Positions 14,977-29,657 of a stretch of DNA of 64,000 nucleotides are shown here, in pieces. A program made the translations under genes and the position numbers. The number at the start of each line of letters is the position of its first letter. The first letter of the stretch is position 1. Origin of the DNA: Lingula anatina (lineage: Eukaryota; Animalia; Brachiopoda); NCBI GenBank assembly GCA_051362555.1, contig CM120641.1, positions 26,356,401 through 26,420,400 of the forward strand, in the 5' to 3' direction. The notes under the pieces were generated by a model. It was not told where the DNA came from. It did no database searches and saw nothing but the letters and a program-made list of their open reading frames with translations.

Positions 14977-15557
14977 TAGAAAAGAAAGGAAAACAAAATC
15001 ATTTTCTCTCTCGTTACAATATACAAATTTATAATCAGGATGCCCTATTTGAAAAGCACATTTTTGCCCTCTAAGATTTCTGCCTTTTAGTGTGAATCAT
15101 TATCAGCTAGGGGGAAAATACAAAACTTATGTATAGACTACCTTTATCAGCAAAGTTATTGAACTGTATGGCTAAATTTAGAGATATGTCAAGCAGTTTC
15201 TTTTTTTCTATACTGCATATACCACAAATTTGTCTTGAAAGTTCTTTCCCCTTAATGTCTATTCAATGGACTTGAAGGGCCCCTTCTCCCCATGTCTTCA
15301 TACCTATAGCCCAGCAGGTGGGGAATTTAGGCAGGTGAGAAATATCTGACAACACTTACATACAGGTCCGACTAGCTTGGTACCTGAAAATTTTTTATCT
15401 GGATTGAGTGTGGAAGTAAGGTGGTGAGAAAATGGAAAAAAATCATTGGATGATGTTTAAAGCATCAGAAGCTCAAAATGATAAATGGATAGAATGTCTA
15501 GCTAGATGGACAGACAGAGAAAAGCATTTTAAAAGAAAACAATTGATAATTTATTGG

Positions 15558-15558
<1 letters not shown>

Positions 15559-15626
<68 letters not shown>
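15559..15626. repeat. (TA)34 microsatellite
   Basis: Read directly from the sequence. Confidence 0.97.
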
Positions 15627-15632
<6 letters not shown>

Positions 15633-16176
15633 CCTCTACTCTAGGTTTAATATACTCATCAAGAAGATTTCCTAAGTTCAGAACAGTGGTCCTCTGTCCA
15701 CTATGTAACCAACTGATTATCTAACTTTGTAACAGTTAAAGACAGAGATTAATTTGCTCAGGCAATCATGTGCCATTAACCCTACCTGCATTGACCTTCT
15801 GGGGTCTTGGAAAGAGGGACTGATGTAATAAACCACTGAAAGGGTTGAGCTTCCTCCTTGATGAAGATGACATTTGCAAATCCATAATGTTGACTTAGCA
15901 TGCTTTATTCTGAAGGATGTTATTTTTAAGTGTCAGCGGTAAGAGATGGCTTTTCAGAAGTGATACAGTATGAAGACCATGACTGAATCGACCAGTGCTG
16001 AGGAGGTAGTATAAGGTTGCATTTACAACAGAATTATCTTAAACCAGAAATTGTCCAGAATGCAAAGGGACAACCTGATTCCATAATATATTTTTAAGCA
16101 GCTTTAAGTCATCAAATGTAAACAGTTTGATTAATTCTAAGCTAAAGTTTTAATTCATTTATGAAAAATGCGTTGC

Positions 16177-16203
16177 TGTGTGTGTGTGTGTGTTTGTGTG
16201 TGT
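16177..16203. repeat. Short interrupted (TG)n microsatellite
   Basis: Read directly from the sequence. Confidence 0.85.
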
Positions 16204-16982
16204 ATGTGCTATCCTTATATGCACTTTTGATTTAAGAATATAGTTAAAATGTTTCTTGTTTATGTGCTACAGAAGTATGGATAGAATGATTTCATTTCCA
16301 CTGGGATGCATCAACTGAAAAGGTTTCTGGACTAAATGATGTTGACAAGTCTTTGGGTTAAGTGCCAACAACGTTCCAAATTGTCCTTTAATGGTTATGA
16401 AGTAATGGCATTGTTCATGAAAAGTGGTCAGCCACATTTCAATAATAAAAGTGCAAATTCTGGTTAAATTCAGTAAAAAGCCAACAACAATTTTGTCTTT
16501 GTTTGACAAATAAGTAATTCTACCAGCCATTGTAGCAGCTCCAGGTGCCTTTTGCCTCGGGAGAAACTTGTTTGTCGTTTTGTGAGTTAGGGGACAAAGC
16601 TGCATCAAGGTCTGTTTATCAATGATTTTACAGCATGTTTTCATAAACAGTTGATATTGTGACTCTGTGTGAGGTAATTTACTTACAAAAAAGAGACTTC
16701 ATATGATACTGTATTTCATTTTGACAGAAAATTCTGGTTCTGGTTGCTGGTGGGGTGAGTTTGTTGTAGGTATTCACTGAGATAAAAAAAATTCAACTAA
16801 GAAAAAATTGTACCCCCAGGGACATGTCATTAAATATAAATATATTGTATTTGTAATGGCTATTGACTTCCCTGTTTCAGAAACCAAATATGATATGAAG
16901 ATAACTGAAGTATTTTTAATGAATTTATTGAAAGAAATATCTCTTGTGCACACTGCTTATCCTGTAGCATTGATGTGTAGAT

Positions 16983-17011
16983 GGGGTATGGGGGTTGGGG
17001 TGGGGGTGGGG
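16983..17011 (+). other. G-quadruplex-forming motif (five G4-5 tracts)
   Basis: GGGGTATGGGGGTTGGGGTGGGGGTGGGG fits G3+N1-7 x4. Confidence 0.7.
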
Positions 17012-19438
17012 TAGCTGCAATACAGTTGTTTCACTAAAGAGCCTATGGATTAGTAATGTAAAATTGTAAACCCTAGGACCAGCATGTTAATTGTCATTAT
17101 TAAAAAGTTGATCTGGCAGTTGATTAACAATCGATTAGGTCTGGAATTCTCTGTGTGAAAGGTGTCAAGTAATTTTCCATGCAATTAACCAAACTGAGCT
17201 TGGGGGATATAAAATGCTCAGTGCCATAGAGCAGTGTCAGGGCTGGTAAGCTATGAAGTAGGTGGATTTGAGAGATCCAGTTTTGGAAATATATATTTTT
17301 ATTGTGTAACCGAGTAATGATAACAATAATGACAAAGAAAAAGTATTAAGGAAAGCCATTTTTGTTTCTTATCTTCTTCATATTAATTTGGTAGGTAAAT
17401 CTACTGGTAGGAGCAGTTACCAGAATACTTCTCCATTGTCTGAGCCGGTAAGGTGCTTATCCCCCAATCTTCAATGTATTGACAAACAGATTATTTTAAG
17501 CTGAAAATGCTGAGTTGAGGAAGAACCTGAGGTGAACAGAAACATTAGCAATTAGATTGATTTGGGCTTTATATACACTGTGCTACTAGTAGAACAAGAT
17601 GCAAACTCAAGGGAAATTTTATAACATTTTCTGGATTGGATAGAAGTAACAATCCATTACAATTACAATCCTTCTCTTGTAATGTGTTAATTGGTATTTA
17701 ACAGGAAACTGCCATTTTATTAGGCAATGCATGATGATAATGCAGTTCTGCAGAAGCCAGGAAATACAGTCATTTAAATGACTTACTGTTCGATTGGTTG
17801 ATCGTCAGCGCCTGGAGAGATTATTTGAATCCAATGAAAATTCAGACTCTTGATCCCATCTGAGCAATCGAGCACCAGTGCATGTTTTCTAATGAGATTA
17901 TTATTCAAAAGTATGCATGCATGTTCTATCAATGCTCAGAAAACTGTACACCAGACATAAGAAAATTGTCAAACTGGACATCGCTTGTTTGTTTAGTGGA
18001 GAATCACCACTGACCGTGAGTGAGGATTTGAGAAAGAATTGGTCAGGAAGAAACAAAAACATTTGTGTTTGAATCAGGTAGGAATATTGATATACTGTAC
18101 TGTTCTGTTATGCTGTTTACAAAAGTTTTTTCAAGGTCAGTCTGTCGTTTGTTTAACATTAATTTTTTATCTGAAAGGTGCATCACAAGAAAGCTGTGTG
18201 GTTATGGAATGCTATGAGTGATACAAAATAGGAAGTGTTGCAGTTAAATAGAATTAAATATATATATAAACAGTTTTTTTGTTTCATGTAAATAGGACTC
18301 TCCAAGCATTTGATTTTATCAATTTTATCATTATATTATATTATATTAGATAAGAGTGAAGTTCCTGAGAGATAGAACTTACATCATTTGGTACAGCTGC
18401 AGCCTATATAACTCTCAGCTTACAAAGAGCAGAGAAGTTTTAAATTTCAGCCATGTTATCCAATGAAAATTTTCTTTAAGAGAAGTCCATGTCCATTAAA
18501 GGTATAATTCAGAAGTCAAGTTTACAAATTGTCATTAGGATAGGAAGTTTCATAATAAGGCAAGTGACGTGAAGAAAATGGTCAGACGGTCAACATGTAT
18601 AGCTGACATGTACAACAACCCATTGATTCAGGCCAGTTCTTCTTGCTAAATGCAGCAGAAGAATACTGATAACAGTTAACTTGTCATCCATTAGCTTTTA
18701 GCATTCAATTTTCCAGTCAAGGAAAAACTGCAGCGATAGGATGCACCTAAAATTTAACCACAAAAGCAAAAGTAATTATATATCTATGCCAGGCTACTCT
18801 TTTATAGCGTATTCTTTAATGCACTCCATCAAGTCATTACCTGCTAAGTAAATGACTGAGTGAGCATTTGGCGATAATGCTGCTATATAATGAAATTGTC
18901 TAAAAGGGCTTGAAGCTCTTACCAAAGGTGTCGCACTGCTCTCAATACCGTTTGGTTTCAGAAGGCAAACAGTTTGTATTTACAAGTGTTTATGGGGATA
19001 GATTGTATTATTATTATATGATACTTTTGTTCTGGGAGCAATGTATGGGAACTGTATAAAAATGGATGGATTTTTATGTGTAGCCATTTAGAGTGGGGGT
19101 AATCAAAAGGGGTATTTACTCTTGTTGTATGGACAACCGTGATTGGTCCATGATGAGGTGTTCACAGAATGGGGAGGCACTTACTCCATCAGTTTTTGCC
19201 ACATTGAGTTAGCTGAAGTACTCAAGATCTTTTGAATACATAGATACATGCATGGAAATGTACTGGGCTTTCTTTTTCCAAAACCAAATTGCTGACAAGA
19301 CAGGAAATGCATCTATTTCTTTAAGGTAAGAATATCAGTTGATTTTAGAAATATTGTACATACATGTAATAAGGACTAGATGGACAGACTGACTGGCAGA
19401 CATGCAGTCAGTTTAGAAGGTGAGAGAGGCAGGCAAAC

Positions 19439-19442
<4 letters not shown>

Positions 19443-19498
<56 letters not shown>
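19443..19498. repeat. (AG)28 microsatellite
   Basis: Read directly from the sequence. Confidence 0.97.
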
Positions 19499-19505
<7 letters not shown>

Positions 19506-22500
19506 GTAAAAAAGAAGAACGATAAAAATGTGAAAAAGAAAAAGATTACAAACTCCATTTTATTGTGAAAAGAAGAAAAATTACAAACAACCTTTAATTA
19601 TGAAGGAGAAAGATCACAAACTCCCTTTGATTCACTATGAATCTTTTGGCCAAGTGTCAATGTGAAAAAATAATGACATGGAAATAAAGGTGTGTTTTTA
19701 TCTAAATTTAGCCGTCATTGATTTTAAACTGGAAATATAAAACTGTTACATGAAAAAAGAGAGGATATGAATGGCAGTGCAACAATCTTACCAGTGTTTC
19801 TGTGTGTAAGGTCCACTGCTGTGATATGGGGTATACAACAGGTACCATAGTAGTCTGTCAATTATAACACCTTCAATCATTACCTTGAGACCTCTAACAA
19901 ATATGTATCAGTAACTCGGATGGAAAGACTGTTGCTTTGATGTTTTAGTCAGCGTGAAATCAGAGAAGACATAAAAGAATTGTCTACCTGGGGCTGAGAC
20001 AGGAAGTTTCTGACATCAGTTTGTATTGAGATATCAAACAGGTTGAAATTAAATCTGTTGGTCCCATCATTTAACAAGTCACGGTCTGTGTTACAGGGGT
20101 GTGACTGAGATTTATTTATTTAGAATGGGATTTTTGTGTGTGTTTGAGACTTTTTCCCTGGGTTTGAATCACAGACTGTCCCCAATGGTGATGGTCCTGG
20201 AGCAGAGAGGTCTCAACCCCTTGGCGTCAACAAGACAAAAAAGAACAACACTCTGCCACCTTTAGGTGACATAATTATTGTACTGTGTCTACGGAGGATA
20301 TTGTTCCTCGGGTTTGAGACCAGATCAAATTCACAGCAGTGTCTCCAGCGAGAGGTGTGAAAATAGCGCCCAATTCTTCCCTTCTGTGAATGTGTTTTAA
20401 CAGAAAACAGCACTGGCACAAAACCCCCATAATGGGTCCAGTAGAAAATCAACTAAATATTTTGTGGAGTTTGGTAACAGGCAATCCATTTGCATTATTA
20501 TCAACAAATTGTGTTGTGCCTAGAGGCGGTCAGCTGTGTATTTAGGCTAGATCAAGTTCTTAGCACTTCAATCTTAACATGGGTATTAGGAAGAAATAAA
20601 TTGATTGATTTCAAAAGGTCTGTATTACTGCAGTTTAAGCTGGAGGCAAATGGCATCTAGAGTTGAGATGTGGCCACTCTAGAGGGGGAAGGGGCAGACT
20701 TTATTTAGTCTGGTAGAATTGCACAATTACTAATGAGGATCCTAGCCCCAAGCTTTGGGACACAAGTCTTGTGTTGTAGTTTTTTCCTTTTGTTGTCTCT
20801 ATTTTTATCCCAAGTGCAGAAGTTAATTAGAGTTATGGGTATTTTTTCTTTAGGATTGGCAGGATATGTTTTTGGCAATGTTCTAATTAATTTCTTCCAT
20901 ATTAAAACATTTTAAGACCCAGGAACAATAAAAAATGTACTTGTTCTCACATTTAATTCTATCTTGAATTAGAAAATTTGGCACTGGTGTAGGTGGCATA
21001 ACAAAAGGCACTCCCACATCAATTATTTCAGGGTTCCAGGTAGTCCAAAAGTCTTTATCATTGTATATTCAATGTAATGGGAAAACAATTCTTCAGTAAT
21101 TTAGATATTAACCCAACACAAGAATCTTAAATACACCACCATATCTTTGAAGTTGAGGCAATAAATAATCTTTATAAGTACATTGTCAGAGTGCTATCTT
21201 AGAAATGTAGAAAATGAATAATTGGGGGTGTAATAAGTCTATTATGGAAAAATATATCCTACATTTCTCTTTATATTACGAGTCTTGGAGTCTTTTGAAG
21301 TTGTTTGTGGATGAGCATCAAACATATTTGAAAGTAATTTTCATCTCTTTTAAATCTGATGTTTGCATGACTAATTTATTGTCTTTATATCACTGAGAAA
21401 AAAACACTAGATTACTGAAATATGAAAGAGAACTTGATATTCTGTTGGCATTAAATAAGATTGAAATAAGATGTAAAGGCAGCTTGGCGCCTCATCTTAC
21501 TAGCAGTAAAATACATCACTGAGCATGTAAATTAATTAACAATGCATTTTGGTATGTGGCATGAAATTTCTATTATGCTTTCCTTTGATTTTGTCAAACC
21601 CATAATGGGCGGTGCTTTCATCCTACCTTGCTTTACATCTATCTCACATAAACCATGAAGCATTTTCATATTTTAATAGTCTCGCACTGCTTTGGTGTTA
21701 GAGTTGCGGTGAGGCGCTATACACATTATTGACAGAAGGATGAGGAGTATGTTGTCTGTTGGTACGCCTTGATGAGAAAATGGATCATTTATGCCCTGAG
21801 ATGTGAAGAAAAGTCATAAATATAGGCCTTAAAAAGTGGCTGCCAGTTTGGTCTCTGGTGACCCACTAGTGATGGTTGAAAGAAAGATGCTGTAGGTGAG
21901 CTGGCCAGACTGCAGGGATTGATTTTTTGAGGTATATTCTGCATCATTAGACTGATAGAAATCTTTAACAGAAAAAAAATTCCAAAATTTCGTTCTATTG
22001 AGTCTTTTACCTGTACTCTGTATGTCCTGGAATATTCAAGATTCTGGAATAATTGGAAAATTATTAATTTGGCTCACACTTAAAGTCACAAGTTTTCATG
22101 AGATGAGAAAGTGCTTAATATTGTGAATATATTAGGTAAGTTAATACAGATTCATTAAGTACATAAAGTGACTGAAAAATGATAACTGACTTATTTTCAA
22201 ATGGTAGCTGTATCTTAGCACAGTAATATAGTTTAACCTTGGAGTATGTTGCTGTGAAGATTTTCCTGTAGGTTCATTGATTTGTTTATATTAGCATTTG
22301 GTTCTTCAAAATGATTCCAGTTCTGACATATGAAATGTTTTACTTTTTTTTTATGATCACTGAAAAGATATATTGTTTTATAACAAGTAATATTAGCTAC
22401 CAGTCTAGAAGTCAATATTGACAGTTACACAATGGAGAGTACCTTTTAAATCTTTATTTAATGAAATAATAGTGCATTTGATTTTTATAGTCCTTTGTGT

Positions 22501-24526
22501 TATGTACATGTATACTACAACAAGATATAATGCATAATTGTGACAGCTTTATTGCAGTCATCTATTGTAATATCTGCATTTTAAGTTTAGTATTTAGAAA
22601 ATGAACAGATGGAGGATGCTGTAAACGGTGTTAATTGACCAGCTCCTAATTTATGAATGAGTTGCAATTGAATTATAGTGCAATTTCACTTTTATTTTCA
22701 TTGCATGGATTGGTTTGACTCTGTGTTAAATTGTTACTGCTGTCAGCTTTTATTTAACAACTTTCATGACAACTCATTTAACTGTGTGAAAGTTTTACTC
22801 GTAAGTTGTTTGAAGAAACATGCACAACCTGTTCATATTCAGATAAGTGTTCTACTGTGTTATATGTACATGGTTTTGAAGTGAGGAAAGGACTGTGTCA
22901 TTTTAGATGGAAGGGGACATCCAGTATTGAGGTAAATTATGATGATGCATAACAACATTGTTTGTCTGATTTGTGTATGTCTGATACAAAAAGAGGGGTT
23001 TGGGGACAAGTTTAAAAGTTTGTTTTACAATTCCAGGTTATCTACCAGTATAAACTTATCAAAAACAGAATATCATCAGGGAAATTGTTTTTAGTATTCA
23101 GTAGATATTGCTGAGTGATTTCACATAGAAATTCATGTATCTGTCTTTTACACACAGTTATTATAAAAAAAATGAAAATACATATTTTTTAGTTGATTTA
23201 CAAAATGTACATAAAATGAAATTAAGATAGCAATCAGCATACTATTTTAAGAATGCCAATTTCTCCTAATATTTGGAATTAATTGCATTTTAACACAAGC
23301 TCTTCCTCCCAATATTTGCTACATGTATAAATGCTATACAGTACCTCATTATCACTGGAGATATTGCTTGTTTGTTATTAAGTTGATGGGCAGTTGTGAA
23401 CTCCCTTGTCTGTTATCGGTTTCCATGCTATCATTATGCACAATATTGTCTGGAATCCTTTTATCTGTTTGGGTTATTTGACAGTCATTTTCTATCTCAT
23501 CTGTATGTATATTATCTTGATTCAGCTGAAGTGGCAGAAAGCTGTCTTCCTGATATCTCCATCACCCCTCATAATTACACTATTTGTGTGGTCTATCTGG
23601 TCCTTCGTTTTCAATAGCTCTGTATCTTTGTTGTCCACTTAGATTGCTATTTACCTGCCAAGAAGACCATTCATTGATACAAACCAGAATCTGTGACTGC
23701 AGTCATCTTTAGATAACTTGCCCACAATCTGAGTAATATTTTTGAGGTCTTTCATAGATACAAATTAAGCTAATGGGATAAAATCATATCCTGCTGACAC
23801 TTTAAATGGTTTAGGTTGGCCAGTTATTGGTTCTGCTACCTGGGGAAAAGAGACATATTACATAACAGACATAACAGGTTAATTACTGCAGCCCAGGTAA
23901 GAGGAGAGGATAGGGGACCATTGAGTGAGTCAAGTGTGAGGACACACAGAGGTCTCTCAGTACAGCTTTGGTATCGAGTGCAGTGACTGAGATTTTCTTG
24001 CAGCCACTTTAATTTATTGAGGATATCTGGAGAATTGCATGATATGAATTAAGGAAAAGGGGAGCGACAACTAGAGACAGACAACCATATGTTCTGGTCT
24101 CCAAAGACATCTTCTTGATTAACTCCACAACCACTTAATACTGAACCACAGTCCCTCATAGACCTGGTCCTGATCTGCTTTGTGGTGGGTACCAGGGAGG
24201 AAACCAGAGAAAAGAGATACACAGGATATGTTTGGACACATGGGTTTAAAGTGGTAAACTAGACAAAAGAGCTTCTATTGTGCCAATTATCTACTGCATT
24301 AGTGAGATACTGCAATGTTTGGCTCGATGGACTGGATACTGTGCTGTGGGAGCACCAAGTTCTATATGTATACTGTGTGTTGAAATCAGGTGCCAGTGAT
24401 AAAGATAGTAAAATATCTTAGTAATTCACTAACACTGGCTTGTTTGGTAAACCAGTGCTGGTCATAGCAAGTGTGAATGCTATAACCACCTGTTTTAGTT
24501 GTTTGAGAAGAATTCTTTTGTACACT

Positions 24527-24613
24527 ATGATTGAACACAGTGACATGAGCAGTAGAAGGCATTCTAGGCGGAGGTCCTCCAGAAATCTCCACAACAATAA
24601 CTCCAGGGACAAG
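24527..24613 (+). CDS. Candidate alternative first coding exon (MIEHSDMSSRRHSRRRSSRNLHNNNSRDK), phase 0 into exon B
   Basis: ATG to AAG|gtagga is exactly 29 codons, with protein-like Arg/Ser/Asn bias. Nearby upstream AGs checked are not phase-compatible, so it fits a first exon better than a cassette. Confidence 0.5.
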
Positions 24614-27600
24614 GTAGGATTGTAGAGAACAGGTTAACAGAAACAGTTTTTTAAAAAAATGATGTCGTAATGAGATTCATTCACTCATTTATACCATTAT
24701 ATAAATCCTAAATCTAAATTCTTTCATCCAGCAAAACAAGTCTGGCGAGAATGATTGTTGACAATTATGAAAAATGGGATAAATAAGATTATACATAGAA
24801 AGATTTACATGTATATGTTTTTACGAATGAACAGATCCAGAAGCTGAAATTCATAAACTTAAATATTTGTTAGTCATAGGGTGCATGTTTAGGAAATATT
24901 TGACTTCCAAATGTGGTAGACAAACAAACAGGTGCTGTAGGGTGTCAGCGAATATCACAGTGTGTGGTGGCTGAAATGTCACTCATTGGGCACAAACTAA
25001 TAAGGTGTTGAACCAACCTTGTAAGACAACTGTTGAAAGTTCTATTTTCCCTTGGGGTCTTCAAAAACCTATCAGTAGCACAGCAGTCAAAATACTTGAT
25101 AGTCAGACAACCTCGGCTTGATCTGAAACATCTGGACTGCTAAGTTCTTGATGAAGTATTGGAAGATGCCAAATGAATAATGGAGCGTGTAGTTGTTGAA
25201 ATTTTGTTTTATTTTAATTGTATGGACTAATATGGGTGATAACACAGAATTTCATTTAATAATGAAATATTTTTAGATGCAATTATTGCTCTGTCTGGAG
25301 CAATCTTAGTGTAGGATAGACTGACTTATGCTCCCCCTGGAACGTAATAGCACACCCTCTTACCAAATGACCAAAAGGCAAAGCAATAAAGTATCAGAGA
25401 GAGGGCCATACTAAGCTAGGGTGAATTTAGCAATGCACTGATATATGTCCCACAGACATCTTTTTGTACAAAGGTAAGGGTTCAGGTTTAGTTGCTGTTT
25501 CATTAGGAAAAATAGATAAAGTAGGGGCGGTTGTGGAATGAAAGAAGGTAAGAGAATGCATAAACCCCTAAGAAAATAAGGATGATAAGCTAAAACCTGT
25601 TGTGTTATCACAAGTGACAGATTGATTGGATATGTACTGTTTAGCACCTATTTCTAATCCATGGACTGTATATATTGCCAATCACCTTTGTGTTTATGTG
25701 AATATTTTATCTCTAATATGGTAATTATCTAAATATTACCATAAACTTTGCAATAATGTGCTCTTTGTTCTTTAGCATAAGGATTCATAATTCTCACAAA
25801 TCTGTCCCTGAAGGGGTTATTAGCAGGGATAAAGGTGTATTTATTTAGGGTAGCTTGAATCAGCTTTGAACCTTAGAAAAATGCAATCTTGCCAATTTTA
25901 TCATACGAGTCACAACTTGAAGTAACACAGTCAACAAGTTAAGACATGATGTTATTACCTGTATTACAACTTGTTTCATATCATCCAGCACCTAATTCAG
26001 TACTACTTGGAATGTAGCTTATGCTTGATGCGTAGCAGTTTAAAAATAGTCAAAGTGTGTTATAAAAGAGAGGAGTGCTTCTGAACAATTTGGAAATGTT
26101 TTAGATTAAACTTTCTGCAAGTTTTTTTGTACATCCCTGTCCAAGAAAAATATATTTTTTGAGTGCAGCTGCAGAGAGAAATTGTGTTTTCAGTTTACCC
26201 ATTGTCTTTGAGGTTACTTCGCAGTAGCTTTCAATTTGCATTAGATAGATGAATGATAGTCAGAAAATTTGGCAAGAGATTAGGTTTCAATTTAGCCAGA
26301 ACAAACATAGGGATTGGGGGCACATAAAAGCAGTCAATCTGTGGATCTTAATTTGCCTTATTTCAAAGGAAAAATAGATGACTAAAAGATATATCTGGTA
26401 AGTTTTATGGATATGATATTCTTTCAGGACTGCTCCCATTTTTTCATTATTTAGAAATAGGGAGAGCATGATACATTGGGGAGGATATCTAGATGACATA
26501 CAAATTAACTGATAGCTTGGAGTGTTTTCAGCACATGTCAAACTGCATTTTCATACAGGGTGCCACTAGAGGCTTTATCAAAATAGAAAAATAATGGGAT
26601 TGCTTTCTTAGTGTGTGTCCCTACTGTCCTGCTACCAGGCCTTGGTTAACCCCTGTTGACAGAAATGCTCTTGTGTTAGCCCTAAGGAAAAGACTGGTGG
26701 GATAAGATTCTTATTTTCCATTTCTGTATTTTAGCTACACACTTTTCTTGTTTTCCTGTTTGCCTTTATAGGATTCCCCCATCATTTTCCTTCATGTTTT
26801 TGTCCACATTTGACTATTTTTTAAAGGTCAAGAGATATGCATTAGATGAATCTTAGGCTATATTGAAAACAATTTAGAAATAGAAAACTCCACATTAGAG
26901 AAAATAGTAAAGAAACAAAATCACCTTGAAAAGGCAGCAGTGGTATTTTTTATGTTCCAATGTAATCTAAGATTGCTGTTTGTCACCATTAAAGTTAAGT
27001 GGTTCAGTAGTGGTTTTATTGGTTCATTGGTAGTGCTTTACATGGCATTTCTGCCCCTGTCCATAAGGCATAAGTTTGAAAGAGAAGTAACATTTTAAAT
27101 TCTCTGGAGACTCTTGGATGCTTCATGTTCAACAGTCTGTTAGTTTTAGTACACAGGGTGATGTATGGGCTTCATGGATTTCTATCAAATGAGATTGTCT
27201 TTTAATTTGTAGAATTGAAGCCAAAAGATGTGTTTGGTCACTTTCAATATATTTTGTAGTCATCAACAGAAAATTAAGGATTAAGTGCTTGCTACTGGAA
27301 TGTGAGTGGACTTGAATAGAATGAAAATGTGTTTTTATCACCCCATTAAGCATGGCATTGTCTGAAAATGTGGATGAAAACAGCAAAGTGCTTATTTTAG
27401 AAATACCAGTCTGAATGATAAAAAAAACCAGCCAAATACTTTTTATAGATAGGGCATTCAATTTATTGGAATGGGAAAAAAGAAGGATATTGGAAGGGTC
27501 TGAGGTAGTCTGAGCATAGCTGAAATGACAGAACTCAGTTTGAAATGTCAGTGTGGAGTGTTAGGCTTTGATCAGCAGTGTACAGATCAGCAAGTTTTCT

Positions 27601-29657
27601 ACTCTGCTGCTCAAAATCATCATGCACTTGGATAACTCAAACTGCTTCTATTTTATGCTTCTCTCGTTCTCCCAGAAGTTGCAATTTCTAAGCATGGTTC
27701 AGAAACGACCATGAAAGACAATCTACCATCGGGCTAGATCTGATTTGATAAAATAAATTCTATATCTCTAGGACTGTGACAAAATTATGTCTAAAATTAC
27801 TACTCTTGGAAAAATTGACTTATTTCCATTTTATGATTTTCTGGTTTTCTCACATATGAAAATTTCTAGGTGCAGTTGGTAAAATAATCTCATTATGGAG
27901 AAATAACTGTGGTCATGCTAGATCAAACTTTATTAAGTGAAATAAGTGGGCACCAGTGTGATAGTGGTAGTTTGATGCACACTTTTTACCTTTGCCATTT
28001 AGCTTGTCATATTATCATACAGTTAAATACCTTTGGACTGGGGTTGTAGTCTGCACTGACTAGTTCCCAATTTACACCATTGGCTTTGGTCATCTCCTGC
28101 TACTTTATGGATCAGATGTTTTCATCAGTTATCCATAGATTGAATTAAATGTCAGGCAGTCATTAAATGAGGTGCTGATTCTTCATAACTTTGTTTTTCT
28201 AATTCAGACTGATTACTGGACAGATGGGCGGGTATTTGATGGGGCAGCCTGTCTCTTGCAATTGCTTTGGTTGAGATTTGGGTGCAATTAGAGCATCATC
28301 TCATAAAGATGTGAAAAATCTGAACAACATTGTGTTTAGATGGTTGCATTGTGCCTATCACTAACTTGAGTTTGCTAAGTGCATGTCTGCATACACGCTT
28401 TTTTATGTACATTCATACATTATATTTATAAACAGCTAAAATTGTTACAAGCACTTAGCCAAAGCACTTGTTCTGTACAACTGAGCACATACAAAAGCAA
28501 TTTGACCCTCTGCCCAATTGAGGAAATCAAGAAATTGCAATATGGTATTTTGAAGGATATTTTTGTAAGATCAGGAAAATTGTTTGCCAGTAATTCATCA
28601 AAACTTGGGGAAATGCTTGTATAATGGTTCACAGATCTAAAGGGATAGTTTCTATCATGAATAAGCCAAGACATGAAAGGAAAGTGAAATCATTTTGTTC
28701 TTTGAGGGTGTAGTATTACCAAGTGAGAATAGAGTCAGAACAAGTAGTAAATCATGCCACAGTTCTTTTCAATGCTATTACTGGGCCTGTTCAAAGTTGT
28801 GTGAAATCCAAACGGATCAGAATATGCGATCATGAAAGGGATTTCTCTCACTGTAAAAAAAGAACTCATAAAACCTCTATTCACTTTGTCTCAACCTCAA
28901 AATATGTGTACAACATGCTTGGTTTGTGGAATGAAATTTTTCGCATTCTCAGCTAGATACATGATCATCCTCCTTTGGCCACAAGATAGTTGAAAAGGTA
29001 GTTTTGAGACGTTTGCGCTGCGCTGCAGGCCATGTTGACTTCTCATCAGTAGGCTTCTACTTTTCATTAAGACTCTTTGCTAGAGTGAGGCCCCATAGTT
29101 ACCCTCCATTCCCTTAACTTATCATTTCTCATTTGTTGAACACCATGGAAGATGTAGAAATGCACACGTTCATGAACAGGTGTGGTGTGTTAGGATGATC
29201 TCGCTGTCTGCATGGGTTACCTCTTGATCTTTTGAAGGGTTTTCAGTACTCTTTCTTCCGGTCTCAGTAGAGAGAAATATACTGTTTTAACTTAATAGCA
29301 CAACATTGTCGAAAAACCAAATAGACAGTTGAGTTCACACGCTAAATTTGGTTTTGGCCACTGTGTTTTGACCAAGTATTCTTCTTATATCTCTGATATT
29401 TGTATTTTTGTTATAAATTTTATATTTTATAGGTTTTCATTTGTAATGAAGTACATTTTGTTTTATTTTTTAGCATTCAGGCACACTGAAAGGAAGAAGT
29501 TTGTTTCATCTCTCACTGCTTATTAGTATTATCTTTGTGTTCCAGGACCCTGACTTAGTTATTGGTATTTGCTGTTTTCTAGAAGCTGGAATTAATTATT
29601 GGTTTATACTTTTTTTTGGGACTGAGACCAAATTAAATCTTTATATTCTTTTTTTAG

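Larger units (their letters stand above)
703..29657 (+). other. Intron (28955 bp, phase 0) of the KIF26-like gene
   Basis: GT...AG boundaries join exons A and B in frame. Confidence 0.82.

Noticed and set aside
19252-19331. ATG ORF (MEMYWAFFFQ...) ending at strong donor AAG|gtaaga
   Set aside because: Phase 2, incompatible with the phase-0 exon B. It shows that such ATG-donor pairs also arise out of phase (likewise 47776-47811).
19376-19568. ORFs with poly-ER/SL (also poly-YI at 15432 and poly-CV/HT at 52423-52750)
   Set aside because: These are translations of dinucleotide microsatellites.
28630-29120. Possible transposon remnant ending in CCCTTAA
   Set aside because: No matching opposite terminus or TSD could be identified.
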